Assembly: GCA_963708295.1 (NCBI GenBank)
Contig: CAVPSJ010000014.1
Span: 224,001 to 288,000 of the forward strand
DNA from: an uncultured delta proteobacterium
GTDB lineage: Bacteria > Desulfobacterota > BSN033 > UBA1163
DNA length: 64,000 bases
Direction: 5' to 3'
How positions within the stretch are numbered: the stretch's first letter is position 1; the number at the start of each line of letters is the position of its first letter. The notes beneath the pieces were generated by a model. That model made no database searches, had not been told where the DNA came from, and saw nothing but the letters and a program-made list of their open reading frames with translations. Both the position numbers and the translations under genes were made by a program. Shown here piece by piece: positions 7,680-17,723 of this stretch.

Positions 7680-9428
7680 ATGGCAAAAGAAGACACATCC
7701 TATCTCGTGCTGGCAAGAAAGTGGAGACCCCAGCTTTTCGAAGAGGTGATTGGGCAGCGGCACATCACCCAAACATTACAAAACGCCATTTCACAGAAAC
7801 GGGTAGCTCACGCCTTTTTGTTTACCGGAGCCAGAGGGGTGGGCAAGACTTCTTCAGCTCGCATTTTGGCAAAGGCCTTAAACTGCGAAAAGGGTTCCGG
7901 GACGAATCCCTGTAATCAATGTACGACCTGTCAAGAGGTGACCCACGGAACCTCGATGGATGTGATTGAGATTGATGGAGCCTCCAACCGCGGGATCGAT
8001 GAGATTCGGGAGTTGAGGGAGAATGTCCGTTATACTCCCGCCAAGAATCGGTATAAGATCTATATCATCGATGAGGTCCACATGCTGACCAAGGAGGCTT
8101 TCAATGCCTTGTTGAAGACCCTCGAAGAGCCACCTCCACACATCATCTTTATCTTGGCCACCACCGAACCCCATAAAATTCCTGCCACGATTCTTTCGCG
8201 TTGCCAGCGGTACGATTTCAAGAGGATTCCGTTTAAGGAGGTCATCGGAAGCCTGAAACGGATCGTGGGAGAAGAAGAGATCCAGATCAGTCCGAGAGGG
8301 CTTCTTTCGATTGCCCAGGAATCAGAGGGGAGCCTGAGGGATGCTGAAAGTCTCCTCGACCAGGTGATCGCTTATTCCGGGAAAAATATTCGTGATGAAG
8401 ATATTGCCGAAGTCCTCGGGCTCATCGATCGAAAAATGCTCAGCGATACCATCGAAGCGATTGCCGACAGGGATGTTGAAAGTTGTATGAAGGTCATCGA
8501 ACGCGTCTATCACTTTGGAGTCGACCTCCAGCATTTCAGCCGAGAGCTTCTTCAATATCTTCGCAATTTAATCCTCATCAAAGTCAGCCAGCATCCGGAA
8601 GGGTTAATGGAATTGCCGGAAGAGGAATTCATGCTCGTTAAGAAACAGGCAGAGAGGTTCGAATTCGAACAATTGAATTACCTTTTCACCCTTCTTTTGA
8701 AAGGAGAGCAAGAAACGGCGCAGTCTACTTTTCCTCGAACCATGCTCGAGGTGACATTGGTTCGAATGGCCACATTGCGTCCCCTCCTTCCTATCGATGA
8801 GATGCTGAAGAAACTGGAGGCGATGGAAAGCAAGGGACGGACCGGAGGGGACAGGGAGGGAAAAGCATCTCCTGCTTCAGGAAGAGTGGTCCGGTCAGAG
8901 GATCCGGTTAGAGATAGAAAAAAGGGAGAAGGGTCGCCGGAGAGGCGAGAGCCAACCAGGGAAGAAAAGGTTTGTGAGGAAAGTGAGAGTTTGGGGGATT
9001 TAAAAAAGGAGGAAGAGTCCAGTGGCGTCCTCCCGCAACGTCCGGAAGAGGCATGGAAAGGCCTGGTTGAATTTACACGGGCAAAGAATCCTATCTTGGG
9101 GGCATTCTTAGTCCTGGGAAATCTCGTTCATCTCGATGACGAAAGGATTGAGATCGGGTTTGAAAAAGATTCGTTTCACTACGATCGAATGCTGGAAAAG
9201 GAGAATCGGAGCCAATTAGAATCCATCTGTTTTGAATATTTTCAAAAGAAGGCGAAGGTGGTGATCTCGCCGTTGGCCCAGGGGGTAGGGTCCAAAGGAC
9301 GGGGGATGTTCAGCGAAGGAAAGGCAACCCCCGATGAAGAGGATGGGCGGTTGGGCCATCGGGCAGAGGAGAACCCTCTGATTCAGGAGGCGCTCCGTCT
9401 TTTTGACGGAAAGATTGTAGAAAGGTAA
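7680..9428 (+). CDS. dnaX: DNA polymerase III subunit gamma/tau
   Basis: YLVLARKWRPQ, Walker A GARGVGKT, IIDEVHML, LKTLEEPP, SRC. Confidence 0.96.
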   Translation: MAKEDTSYLVLARKWRPQLFEEVIGQRHITQTLQNAISQKRVAHAFLFTGARGVGKTSSARILAKALNCEKGSGTNPCNQCTTCQEVTHGTSMDVIEIDGASNRGIDEIRELRENVRYTPAKNRYKIYIIDEVHMLTKEAFNALLKTLEEPPPHIIFILATTEPHKIPATILSRCQRYDFKRIPFKEVIGSLKRIVGEEEIQISPRGLLSIAQESEGSLRDAESLLDQVIAYSGKNIRDEDIAEVLGLIDRKMLSDTIEAIADRDVESCMKVIERVYHFGVDLQHFSRELLQYLRNLILIKVSQHPEGLMELPEEEFMLVKKQAERFEFEQLNYLFTLLLKGEQETAQSTFPRTMLEVTLVRMATLRPLLPIDEMLKKLEAMESKGRTGGDREGKASPASGRVVRSEDPVRDRKKGEGSPERREPTREEKVCEESESLGDLKKEEESSGVLPQRPEEAWKGLVEFTRAKNPILGAFLVLGNLVHLDDERIEIGFEKDSFHYDRMLEKENRSQLESICFEYFQKKAKVVISPLAQGVGSKGRGMFSEGKATPDEEDGRLGHRAEENPLIQEALRLFDGKIVER

Positions 9429-9482
9429 CTCTTCGTTAGAAATTCGAGGAGGCCGGATTCTAACGGAATAAAGGAGAGGCGC

Positions 9483-9797
9483 ATGGTAAAAGGCTTCGGG
9501 AACATACTAAAGCAGGCTCAGGAGATGCACGCTAAGATCGCCCAGCTCCAGGAGGAGATGGCAGGGAGAACGGTGGAAGCGAGTTCCGGGGGGGGCATGG
9601 TGAACATCGTGATGAACGGGAGACAGGAAGTCGTGAGCATCCGGATCGATCCGGAAGTGGTCAGTCGAGAAGACGTTGAGATGTTGCAAGATTTAATTGT
9701 AGCCGCCGTCAATGAGGCTATCCGGAAATCCCAGGAGATGATGACCGAAGAAATGAAAAAGGTTACGGGCGGACTCAATATTCCAGGATTGTTCTAA
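9483..9797 (+). CDS. ybaB: YbaB/EbfC nucleoid-associated protein
   Basis: KQAQEM..SGGGMV..EMLQDLIVAAVNEA; lies between dnaX and recR. Confidence 0.93.
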   Translation: MVKGFGNILKQAQEMHAKIAQLQEEMAGRTVEASSGGGMVNIVMNGRQEVVSIRIDPEVVSREDVEMLQDLIVAAVNEAIRKSQEMMTEEMKKVTGGLNIPGLF

Positions 9798-9801
9798 AGA
9801 G

Positions 9802-9936
9802 ATTATTGTAAATTGTAAAATTACCAGTGCAAAATGCAAAATGAGGAACTCAACGGCACACTATAGAATGGAACAGAGCGTTGGGATCTTTCCAACTATT
9901 TTGCATTGCTAACTTTGCAATTTCCATTTTGTATTG
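9802..9936. repeat. Inverted pair of ~7-nt periodic tracts
   Basis: gtaaattgtaaaattaccagtgcaaaatgcaaaatg ... ttttgcattgctaactttgcaatttccattttg; same family at 27197-27390. Confidence 0.6.
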
Positions 9937-9946
9937 AGGTCTTACG

Positions 9947-10546
9947 ATGGCTGCTTATCCCAAACCCATTGATCATCTGATAGAAGCCCTGGCAAGACTT
10001 CCGGGGATAGGGAAAAAGACGGCGTCCAGACTTGCCTTCCACGTCTTGCGGAGCAGTTCATCCGAGGCTCAAGAGCTGGCGAGAGCGATTTTGGACGTCA
10101 AAGAAAAGATCCGGCTTTGTTCAACCTGCTTCAACTTGACAGATGAAGATCCGTGTCGAATCTGCCAAGACGAACGCCGAGCCGGCGAGACTCTCTGTGT
10201 GGTCGAGGGGCCGAATGACCTGATCGCCATCGAGAACACGGGCGTTTTTGATGGAAGATACCACGTGTTGCACGGTACGATCTCTCCTCTGGAAGGTATT
10301 GGTCCAGACCACCTGAAAATGAAGGAACTGCTGGAAAGGCTTCAAAAGGAAAAGATTTCGGAAGTGATTCTGGCCAGCAATCCCACGGTCGAAGGGGGAG
10401 CCACGGCTCTTTATCTGGTTGATCTGATTAAGCCTTTAGGCATAAAAGTAACAAGAATCGCCTACGGAATCCCGATGGGAAGCGAAATTGAATACTCAGA
10501 CGGGATGACCTTATCCAAAGCCCTTGAGGGCCGCAGGGAAATTTGA
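9947..10546 (+). CDS. recR: Recombination mediator RecR
   Basis: LPGIGKKTA HhH, C4 zinc finger, Toprim, TRIAYGIPMG. Confidence 0.96.
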   Translation: MAAYPKPIDHLIEALARLPGIGKKTASRLAFHVLRSSSSEAQELARAILDVKEKIRLCSTCFNLTDEDPCRICQDERRAGETLCVVEGPNDLIAIENTGVFDGRYHVLHGTISPLEGIGPDHLKMKELLERLQKEKISEVILASNPTVEGGATALYLVDLIKPLGIKVTRIAYGIPMGSEIEYSDGMTLSKALEGRREI

Positions 10547-10708
10547 TAAAAAATTCTTGACAAATAAGCAAATAAGTTTTAACGTTAACGCGATCGAAGC
10601 GGCCTTAAATAAAATACAATAGTTTCGGGTAGATATGCAGGAGAGGACGTGTTGATAACTTTTACAAAATATATTATATTTTTGATTATAGCAACACAGG
10701 AGAGTTAG

Positions 10709-11257
10709 ATGATTGAGATTCGATTTCATGGAAGAGGCGGTCAAGGGGCGGTGACTTCGGCGGAATTGTTGGCTCTGGCAGCCATCGGGGAAGGAAAGTA
10801 TGCCCAGGCATTTCCAAGTTTCGGTCCAGAACGAAGAGGAGCACCGGTCGTGGCCTTCTGTCGAATTGACGAAGAACGGATCCGTATCAGGGCCAATGTT
10901 TCCGAGCCGGATATTGTCGTTGTCCTCGATTCTTCTCTTTTGAAAATCGTCAATGTTGCTGCTGGATTGAAGTCCAACGGCGTCCTGGTCACGACGAGTC
11001 CTGATTCTGCAGAGAGCGTGCGGCAGGATTTGAAAATCAAGAATCGAATGGCCGTTGTGGACGCGCTCAAAATTGCAAGGGAGGTTCTGGGTGTCCCCAT
11101 TACCAATACTACGATGCTGGGATCTTTGATCAGAGCCCAGGGATTGGTCAAGAAAGAGTCGTTTCTCTCCCCTTTGCGGGAACGGTTTGGCCGGATTGCT
11201 GAAAAGAATATTTCTGCTTTTGAGCGAGCCTACCAAGACACTATCCTCCTTCAATAA
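10709..11257 (+). CDS. porC: Pyruvate/2-oxoacid:ferredoxin oxidoreductase gamma subunit
   Basis: [26 protein letters not shown]. Confidence 0.92.
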
Positions 11258-11339
11258 TTTTTTGATGGTCCCTTCTCTTCCCTAATGATCAAGGGGAGGA
11301 AGAGGGAATTAAAGTTATTCCAAGAGAGAGGTATTCGGT

Positions 11340-11640
11340 ATGACCAAACCAGAAAATGAATGGACGTGGAAAGAGATACCCGTCGGGAATGTGATCCTGG
11401 AACCCGGAAATGCCAGTCAATATCGGACAGGAGACTGGAAGAGTCTCAAGCCGGTTCTCAAAAAAGAACTCTGTATCCATTGTGGTTTGTGCTACATCTT
11501 CTGCCCCGATATGGCCTACAACCTGGATTCGGAGAGCTATTTTATTGCCGACCTTTTTTATTGCAAAGGGCTGCGGTATCTGCGCAAAGGAGTGTCCCAC
11601 CGGGGCGATTACCATGGTGATGGAAGAGGAGGGGAAATAA
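11340..11640 (+). CDS. porD: 2-oxoacid:ferredoxin oxidoreductase delta subunit (frameshift near 11570)
   Basis: TGDW, CIHCGLCYIFCP then YCKG/CGICAKECP in the shifted frame. Confidence 0.85.
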
Positions 11641-12815
11641 TGGGAAAAAGGATTGGAATGGAAGTCTCCATCGCAGCGGCCGAGGCGGTCAAACAGGCCA
11701 ACGTGGATGTGATCTCGGCCTATCCCATTACTCCGCAGACACATATCGTTGAGCATCTTTCTGAGCTGGTGGCCAACGGAGAAATGGATGCGGAGTTTTT
11801 CTGCGTGGAATCGGAGCATTCCGCATTGAGTGTCTGCGTGGGAAGCCAGGCGACGGGAGCCAGGTCCTTCACCTGCACCAGCGCTCAGGGGCTGGCCCTG
11901 CTGAGTGAGATCACGTTTATTGCCTCGGGCTTGAGGTTGCCCATTGTCATGATTCTTGCGAATCGGACCCTCTCGGCGCCTCTCAGTATCTGGAATGACC
12001 ACAGTGATGCCATGATGGTCCGGGACTGTGGTTGGATTCAATTTTTTACGGAGAATGGTCAGGAAGTCTATGACCATGTCTTTATTTCCTACCGGGTCGC
12101 AGAAGATCGTCAGGTTCTTTTCCCGGTGATTATTAACATGGATGGGTTTATATTAAGCCATGTGATTGAACCCATCGAGATGATCGATCAGGAGAAGATC
12201 GATCAGTTTCTGCCTCCTTATGAACCCCTTCACCGCCTCCATCCGGATCAGCCCATAACGATGGGGGCCTTCGCATTGCCCGCCATCTTTGCAGAGACCA
12301 AGAAGGCCCAGGAAGTGGCGCTTCAGTCCTCTCTTCCAAGAATCCTAGAGGTATGGAAGACGTTCGGAGACATGACGGGGAGATACTATCACCCGATCGA
12401 AACTTATCGGACAGAGGATGCGGAGACGCTCCTGGTCACCATGGGGTGCTTTGGTGAGACGGCCTCGGTGGCCGTGGATCAGATGAGGGCTGAAGGAAGG
12501 TCGGTGGGTTTGGTCAAGATCCGGCTGTGGCGGCCTTTTCCTTTCGACGATTTCAAGAAGGCGGTCCAGGGAGCAAAGAACCTGGTGGTCATTGATCGAG
12601 CGGTTTCCCCGGGAGGTCCCAAAGGGCCTGTGGGGTCCGAAGTGAGATCGGCTCTGTTTGGAGAACCGGTCCATCCAGCCGTCTATGATTTTGTCGCGGG
12701 AATTTCCGGCAGAGATGTGGCCCCCTCCGATTTCGTCAAAATGGTGGGTAAGGCTGAAATTGAGATCGAGGAAGGAAATAAGGAAGGATACGAACTGTAC
12801 GGGGTGAGAGAATGA
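11640..12815 (+). CDS. porA: 2-oxoacid:ferredoxin oxidoreductase alpha subunit
   Basis: [26 protein letters not shown]; ATG overlaps porD stop. Confidence 0.92.
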   Translation: MGKRIGMEVSIAAAEAVKQANVDVISAYPITPQTHIVEHLSELVANGEMDAEFFCVESEHSALSVCVGSQATGARSFTCTSAQGLALLSEITFIASGLRLPIVMILANRTLSAPLSIWNDHSDAMMVRDCGWIQFFTENGQEVYDHVFISYRVAEDRQVLFPVIINMDGFILSHVIEPIEMIDQEKIDQFLPPYEPLHRLHPDQPITMGAFALPAIFAETKKAQEVALQSSLPRILEVWKTFGDMTGRYYHPIETYRTEDAETLLVTMGCFGETASVAVDQMRAEGRSVGLVKIRLWRPFPFDDFKKAVQGAKNLVVIDRAVSPGGPKGPVGSEVRSALFGEPVHPAVYDFVAGISGRDVAPSDFVKMVGKAEIEIEEGNKEGYELYGVRE

Positions 12816-13745
12816 CTGAAAATCTGAACGTTTTTGCTGTTAGGACATTGACACAAAAGGAATATTTTGCGCCCGGCCATCGATCTTGCCAGGGTTGCGC
12901 CGAGGCATTGGCGGTAAGGTTGGTCGCCAAGGCCGTGGGAAGGAACGTCATCATTGCCAATGCGACGGGCTGTATGGAAATCGTTTCCTCTCCGCTGCCT
13001 TACACTTCCTGGAGGGTGCCCTGGATCCACGTTGCGTTTGAGAATACGTCCGCGGTTGCCTCCGGCATTGAGTCAGCCCTGAAGGTCTTGATGAGAAAGG
13101 GGAGAATTCCCCACAAGAAGATCGTCACCCTTGCCATGGGCGGGGACGGAGGGACGGCGGACATCGGCCTTCAGTCACTTTCGGGTGCTCTGGAGAGAGG
13201 TCACAACTTTCTCTACGTGTGCACTGACAATGAGGCCTATATGAACACCGGCATCCAGCGATCTTCCTCTACGCCTTTCGGTGCATCGACCACCACTTCT
13301 CCGGCCGGAAAAGTCCAGACAGGACAGGTCACCTGGAAGAAGAATATGGCGGCCATTGCAGCTGCTCATAATATCCCTTATGTTGCCACGGCCTGCCCGA
13401 GTTATCCCATCGATCTGGTGCAGAAGGTGAAGAAAGGCGGCTGATGTCGATGGCCCTGCTTATATCCATATCCTCTCTGTCTGCCCGACGGGATGGAGGT
13501 CTGCGCCGGAGCTCTCTATCAAACTGGGCCGGTTGGCCGTAGAGACGGGGATCTTTCCCCTGTATGAGGTGGAGAGGGGACAGTATCATTTAAGCATCGA
13601 TTTTCCGAAATTGAAACCGATTAAGGAATATATCAAGCTCCAGGGGAGATTCCGGCATCTGACGGAAGAGATGATCGAGGGGATTCAGAAACGCGTTGAA
13701 AAGGAATACGAACAGTTAAGAGAAAGAGCGAAAAGGGGATTTTGA
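12812..13745 (+). CDS. porB: 2-oxoacid:ferredoxin oxidoreductase beta subunit (frameshift near 13435)
   Basis: [16 protein letters not shown] motif, [13 protein letters not shown]; continues [17 protein letters not shown] in the shifted frame. Confidence 0.88.
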
Positions 13746-13746
13746 A

Positions 13747-14226
13747 ATGACTCACTCACAGATTGATACCATCATCGATCAAAACGGAGACAAGGAATCC
13801 GCTATCCTATCCATTCTTCAGGATGTTCAGGCCAAGGAGAAATACCTTCCCAAAGAGGCCCTTGAGTATATCGGGGAAAAGCTCCATATCCCGTTGAACA
13901 AGATCTACCGGATCGCCACATTTTACCGGGCCTTCAGTCTCTCGCCGCGGGGAAAGCATGAGGTCTGTGTCTGCATGGGAACCGCATGCCATGTCCGTGG
14001 AGCGCAGCGAATTATCGATCAGGTCAAGCTGGCATTGGACATCCGGCCGGGAGAGACGACCAAGGATCGGAATTTTACGCTGGAGACGGTCAACTGTCTG
14101 GGTGTCTGTGCGGCCGGACCGGTGGTCGCCATCGACGGTCAGTACTTCGGAAAGATGAGCTCGGCCAAGGTTGCCGGGACCCTTAAGAAGTTTCGTTCTG
14201 ATAAGAAAAAAGGAGGGGACGAATGA
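13747..14226 (+). CDS. NuoE/HydC/BfuC-like [2Fe-2S] subunit
   Basis: VCMGTACHVRG ... VNCLGVC. Confidence 0.9.
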   Translation: MTHSQIDTIIDQNGDKESAILSILQDVQAKEKYLPKEALEYIGEKLHIPLNKIYRIATFYRAFSLSPRGKHEVCVCMGTACHVRGAQRIIDQVKLALDIRPGETTKDRNFTLETVNCLGVCAAGPVVAIDGQYFGKMSSAKVAGTLKKFRSDKKKGGDE

Positions 14227-16094
14227 GAAGGCTTGGTTCTCCTCAAGAGTTGGAAAAATACAGGGAAGAAATCCTCAGCACGAGGGATCCTAACCAACCC
14301 TTGATCACGGTTTGCGGCGGGACAGGATGTCACGCCTCAGGATGTCATGCGGTGGTAGACGCCTTCAGGAAGGTTCTCGACGAGAAGGGGAAAGGGAATG
14401 GCGTCGGCCTCCGGGTGACGGGGTGTCATGGCTTCTGTGAAAGGGGGCCGCTGGTCGTCATTCATCCGAAGAAGGTCATGTATCAACGGGTGAAACCCGA
14501 GGATGTCCCGGCGATCTTTCAGGAGACGGTCCTCAACGGAAAAATCCTCGAACCCCTGCTTTACGAACATCCGACGACACAGGAGAAGATTGTCGCCGAG
14601 GAGGATGTGCCGTTTTACAAGAAACAGATGCGAATCATCTTCGGAAATAACGGGAGCATCGATCCGACCCGGATTGAAGACTATATTGCAGTCGGTGGCT
14701 ACCGAGCCTTGCCCAAGGCGTTGTTATCCATGACGCCCGAGCAGATTATCGGCGAGGTGAAAAAGGCCAATTTGAGAGGCCGTGGAGGCGGAGGGTTTCC
14801 CGCTGGCCTGAAATGGGAGCAGTGCCGGAACGCGCCCGAAAGGATTAAATACGTGATCTGCAACGCGGACGAGGGAGATCCGGGCGCTTACATGGACCGG
14901 AGTCTCCTGGAGGGGAACCCGCACAGCGTTCTCGAAGGGATGATCATCGGGGCCTTCGCGATCGGGTCTCACGAGGGCTATGTCTACGTCCGTAACGAAT
15001 ATCCTCTGGCCGTCGAGAATATCGGGATCGCTGTCAGACGAGCGGAAGAACTGGGCCTGATCGGCAAGAATATTCTCGGATCGGGGTTTGACTTCGAGGT
15101 TAAGGTGAGCCGGGGAGGAGGTGCCTTTGTTTGTGGGGAATCGACCGCACTCATGGCATCCATCGAAGGGAATGTGGGAGAACCCAGGGCAAAACATATT
15201 CACACCGTCATCAGCGGCCTCTGGGACCGTCCGAGCAATCTCAACAACGTGGAGACATGGGCCAACGTACCGGTGATCATCAATCAAGGCGCCGATTGGT
15301 ACGGGAGGATCGGCACCGAGGGCAGCAAGGGGACCAAGATCTTTTCACTGGTCGGGAAGGTGAACAATACGGGTCTGGTGGAAGTTCCCATGGGGATCTC
15401 GCTAAAGGAGATCGTCTATGATATTGGGGGGGGAATCCCTGGAGGCAAGAAACTGAAAGCGGTCCAGACCGGAGGGCCTTCCGGAGGCTGCATTCCCGAG
15501 TCGCTCATTGACCTGCCCGTGGATTTTGATCGTTTGACAGAAGTAGGTTCGATGATGGGTTCGGGCGGAATGATCGTGATGGATGAGTCGACCTGCATGG
15601 TGGATGTGGCCAAGTACTTCATGAACTTCCTCAAGGATGAATCCTGCGGAAAGTGTACTTCTTGCCGGGAGGGGACGAAACGGATGCACGAAGTCCTGAC
15701 GGAGATTACGGAGGGGAGGGGAAGAACGGACCACCTCGATCTCCTTGAAGAGATCGGTTGGGTTACGGCAGAAGCCTCTTTGTGCGCGTTGGGAGGCACG
15801 GCTTCCAATCCCGTCCTCTCCACCGTTCGCTACTTCCGGGACGAATACAAGGAACATATTATTAATAAACGGTGTCCGGCAAAGGTTTGTCGGGCCCTTC
15901 TCGAATATCGAGTGATCTCCGAAGTCTGCAAGATGTGCGGCGCCTGTTCAAAAGTCTGCCCTTCAGAGGCCATCAGCGGCAAGCCAAAGACGAAAAAAGA
16001 GAAGGGAAAGCCTTTTAAGATCGATGTGGAGAAATGCATCCGGTGTGGAATGTGTTTTGAGGCCTGTAAATTTGAGGCGATCGAGGTCCAGTAA
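14223..16094 (+). CDS. NuoF/HydB/BfuB-like FMN/NADH-binding subunit with N-terminal [2Fe-2S] and C-terminal 2[4Fe-4S] domains
   Basis: CGGTGC..GCHGFCERGP, RGRGGGGFP, CNADEGDPGAYMDR, ESCGKCTSCREG, two CxxCxxCxxxC. Confidence 0.92.
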   Translation: MRRLGSPQELEKYREEILSTRDPNQPLITVCGGTGCHASGCHAVVDAFRKVLDEKGKGNGVGLRVTGCHGFCERGPLVVIHPKKVMYQRVKPEDVPAIFQETVLNGKILEPLLYEHPTTQEKIVAEEDVPFYKKQMRIIFGNNGSIDPTRIEDYIAVGGYRALPKALLSMTPEQIIGEVKKANLRGRGGGGFPAGLKWEQCRNAPERIKYVICNADEGDPGAYMDRSLLEGNPHSVLEGMIIGAFAIGSHEGYVYVRNEYPLAVENIGIAVRRAEELGLIGKNILGSGFDFEVKVSRGGGAFVCGESTALMASIEGNVGEPRAKHIHTVISGLWDRPSNLNNVETWANVPVIINQGADWYGRIGTEGSKGTKIFSLVGKVNNTGLVEVPMGISLKEIVYDIGGGIPGGKKLKAVQTGGPSGGCIPESLIDLPVDFDRLTEVGSMMGSGGMIVMDESTCMVDVAKYFMNFLKDESCGKCTSCREGTKRMHEVLTEITEGRGRTDHLDLLEEIGWVTAEASLCALGGTASNPVLSTVRYFRDEYKEHIINKRCPAKVCRALLEYRVISEVCKMCGACSKVCPSEAISGKPKTKKEKGKPFKIDVEKCIRCGMCFEACKFEAIEVQ

Positions 16095-16103
16095 AATATA
16101 AGG

Positions 16104-16211
16104 AATAAGTTAGTGAGTTATTAAGTTAATAAATTATCAGGAATCATCGCAAGTGAACGGTCCATGCTCATTCACTTATTCACTCTATTACCTCATTAAC
16201 CTGTATTAACT
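16104..16211. repeat. Inverted pair of ~8-nt periodic tracts
   Basis: taagttagtgagttattaagttaataaatt ... attcacttattcactctattacctcattaacc. Confidence 0.5.
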
Positions 16212-16223
16212 TGGAGGAGCATT

Positions 16224-16940
16224 ATGACGATTCCCTTTGTGATTGACGGGCAATCCGTTGAAGGAAAAGAAGGCGAAAATATTCTGAGTGTGGCTTTGGA
16301 CGCGGGGTTTGATATTCCCCATCTCTGTTACAATGAGTCCGTGAAGCCTTATGGTGCCTGTCGCCTCTGTCTGGTAGAAGTGAAGAGGCGAGGGAGGACC
16401 AACATGACGACCTCTTGCACCTACCCTGTTTTAGAAGGGGTCGAGGTGTTCACGCAAACGGAGAAAGTATTGCGCGCCCGCCGGATGATGATCGAACTGA
16501 TTTTGGCCATGTGTCCGGGAGACAAGTTGATTCAGGATATGGCCAGGGAGATGGGGGTCCAGGAGGTCCGATTCAAACAGGAGGATAAGGATTGCATTCT
16601 CTGCGGTCTCTGCGCCAGAGTCTGCGAGGAGGTCGTCGGGGCCAACGCCATTCATTTTGCTTTCAGGGGAGATCGGCGGGAGATGATTCCTCCGTTCCAG
16701 GCGGAGGCGACGAGTTGCATTGCGTGCGGAGCCTGTGTGGTCGCCTGTCCGGTCGATGTCATTCGGATGAAGGAAGAAAAGGATGAGCGGACGATCGTTC
16801 GGTGGAAGCGAACGTTGAAAATGAAGCAATGCAAGATCTGCGGAAATTATTTCGCCCCCTGGTTTCAGCTAGAGAAGTTCAAGGAGCAGGCCAAGCTCCA
16901 GAAAGATTTTTTTGATGTCTGTTATACGTGCCGGACTTGA
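16224..16940 (+). CDS. NuoG-N/BfuA-like Fe-S protein without catalytic domain
   Basis: IPHLC..GACRLCLVE..SC, CILCGLCARVC, CIACGACVVACP; only 238 aa. Confidence 0.88.
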   Translation: MTIPFVIDGQSVEGKEGENILSVALDAGFDIPHLCYNESVKPYGACRLCLVEVKRRGRTNMTTSCTYPVLEGVEVFTQTEKVLRARRMMIELILAMCPGDKLIQDMAREMGVQEVRFKQEDKDCILCGLCARVCEEVVGANAIHFAFRGDRREMIPPFQAEATSCIACGACVVACPVDVIRMKEEKDERTIVRWKRTLKMKQCKICGNYFAPWFQLEKFKEQAKLQKDFFDVCYTCRT

Positions 16941-17001
16941 AATCTCTCCCCAATTCGAGTATATTGGAAACAAGAAGCATGTTCAACAGGAGGTGACGGG
17001 T

Positions 17002-17445
17002 ATGACCCTTGTCAAATGGGAACCCTTCCGAGATCTCATGACCATGCAAGACCGAATGACCCGGCTGATCGATGAAACTCTTTCTCGAATCTGGAAAGAG
17101 GAAGTTCATCACGAAGCCTGGTCCCCTCCTGTGGATATTCTGGAGAAAGGCGACGAAGTGATCCTGAAAGTGGACCTGCCCGAAGTGAATCAAAATGAGA
17201 TCGATATTAGAGCAGAAGAAAGCACTCTGATCATTCAGGGGGAGAGAAGGTTTATCAAAGAGTCCTCCGAAGAAAACTATGTTCAGATTGAAAGACCTTA
17301 TGGGACCTTTCGCCGGACCTTCAGCATCCCTAAAACGATCGATCAGGAGGGAATCAAGGCTTCCTACAAGGATGGAGTGCTTCGAGTGGTTCTTCCCAGA
17401 AAGCAGGAAATCCAACCGAAACAGATTGTCGTCGAACCCATGTAA
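17002..17445 (+). CDS. Hsp20/alpha-crystallin small heat-shock protein
   Basis: WEPFRDL, PPVDI, ERPYGTFRRTF, ASYKDGVLRV. Confidence 0.93.
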   Translation: MTLVKWEPFRDLMTMQDRMTRLIDETLSRIWKEEVHHEAWSPPVDILEKGDEVILKVDLPEVNQNEIDIRAEESTLIIQGERRFIKESSEENYVQIERPYGTFRRTFSIPKTIDQEGIKASYKDGVLRVVLPRKQEIQPKQIVVEPM

Positions 17446-17458
17446 TGGATGAGAGCCG

Positions 17459-17491
17459 AAGGGGGCCCTTTTCCAAAGGGCCCCCTTTTTT
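17459..17491 (+). terminator. Rho-independent terminator
   Basis: gggggccctt-ttcca-aagggccccc followed by T-run. Confidence 0.8.
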
Positions 17492-17650
17492 CTATTTCTC
17501 AATACCCTACTTTTAGTCTGCCCAAGGGCTTTTCAATACGAATACCGATATCTGTCAGAACGTGCCGTACCCCTCTCCGTCGCTAACTCCCGTCTCGTGG
17601 GCCTTCCTCCGGCGCTATCAACCAAGGGTATGATTCCGATCCTGATCGCC

Positions 17651-17688
17651 AAAAAAATGGGTGGCAGGACAAAATGCCTGCCACCCAT
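17651..17688 (-). terminator. Rho-independent terminator of the OmpA-family gene
   Basis: atgggtggcagg/cctgccacccat hairpin with A-run on the plus strand. Confidence 0.75.
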
Positions 17689-17723
17689 GCCTTACCTCCA
17701 TACTTTCCGATTAATCCGTCTGG

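Noticed and set aside
10650-10667. Possible Rex operator upstream of porC (tgttgataacttttacaa)
   Set aside because: Several mismatches to TTGTGAA-N4-TTCACAA in AT-rich DNA; too weak to call.
11340-12815. Apparent porD-porA fusion ORF of 491 aa
   Set aside because: Artefact of a frameshift in porD; porA has its own ATG at 11640 with an RBS.
13442-13444. TGA ending the porB ORF as a possible Sec codon
   Set aside because: The conserved continuation ([16 protein letters not shown]) is in another frame, so this is a frameshift, not readthrough.
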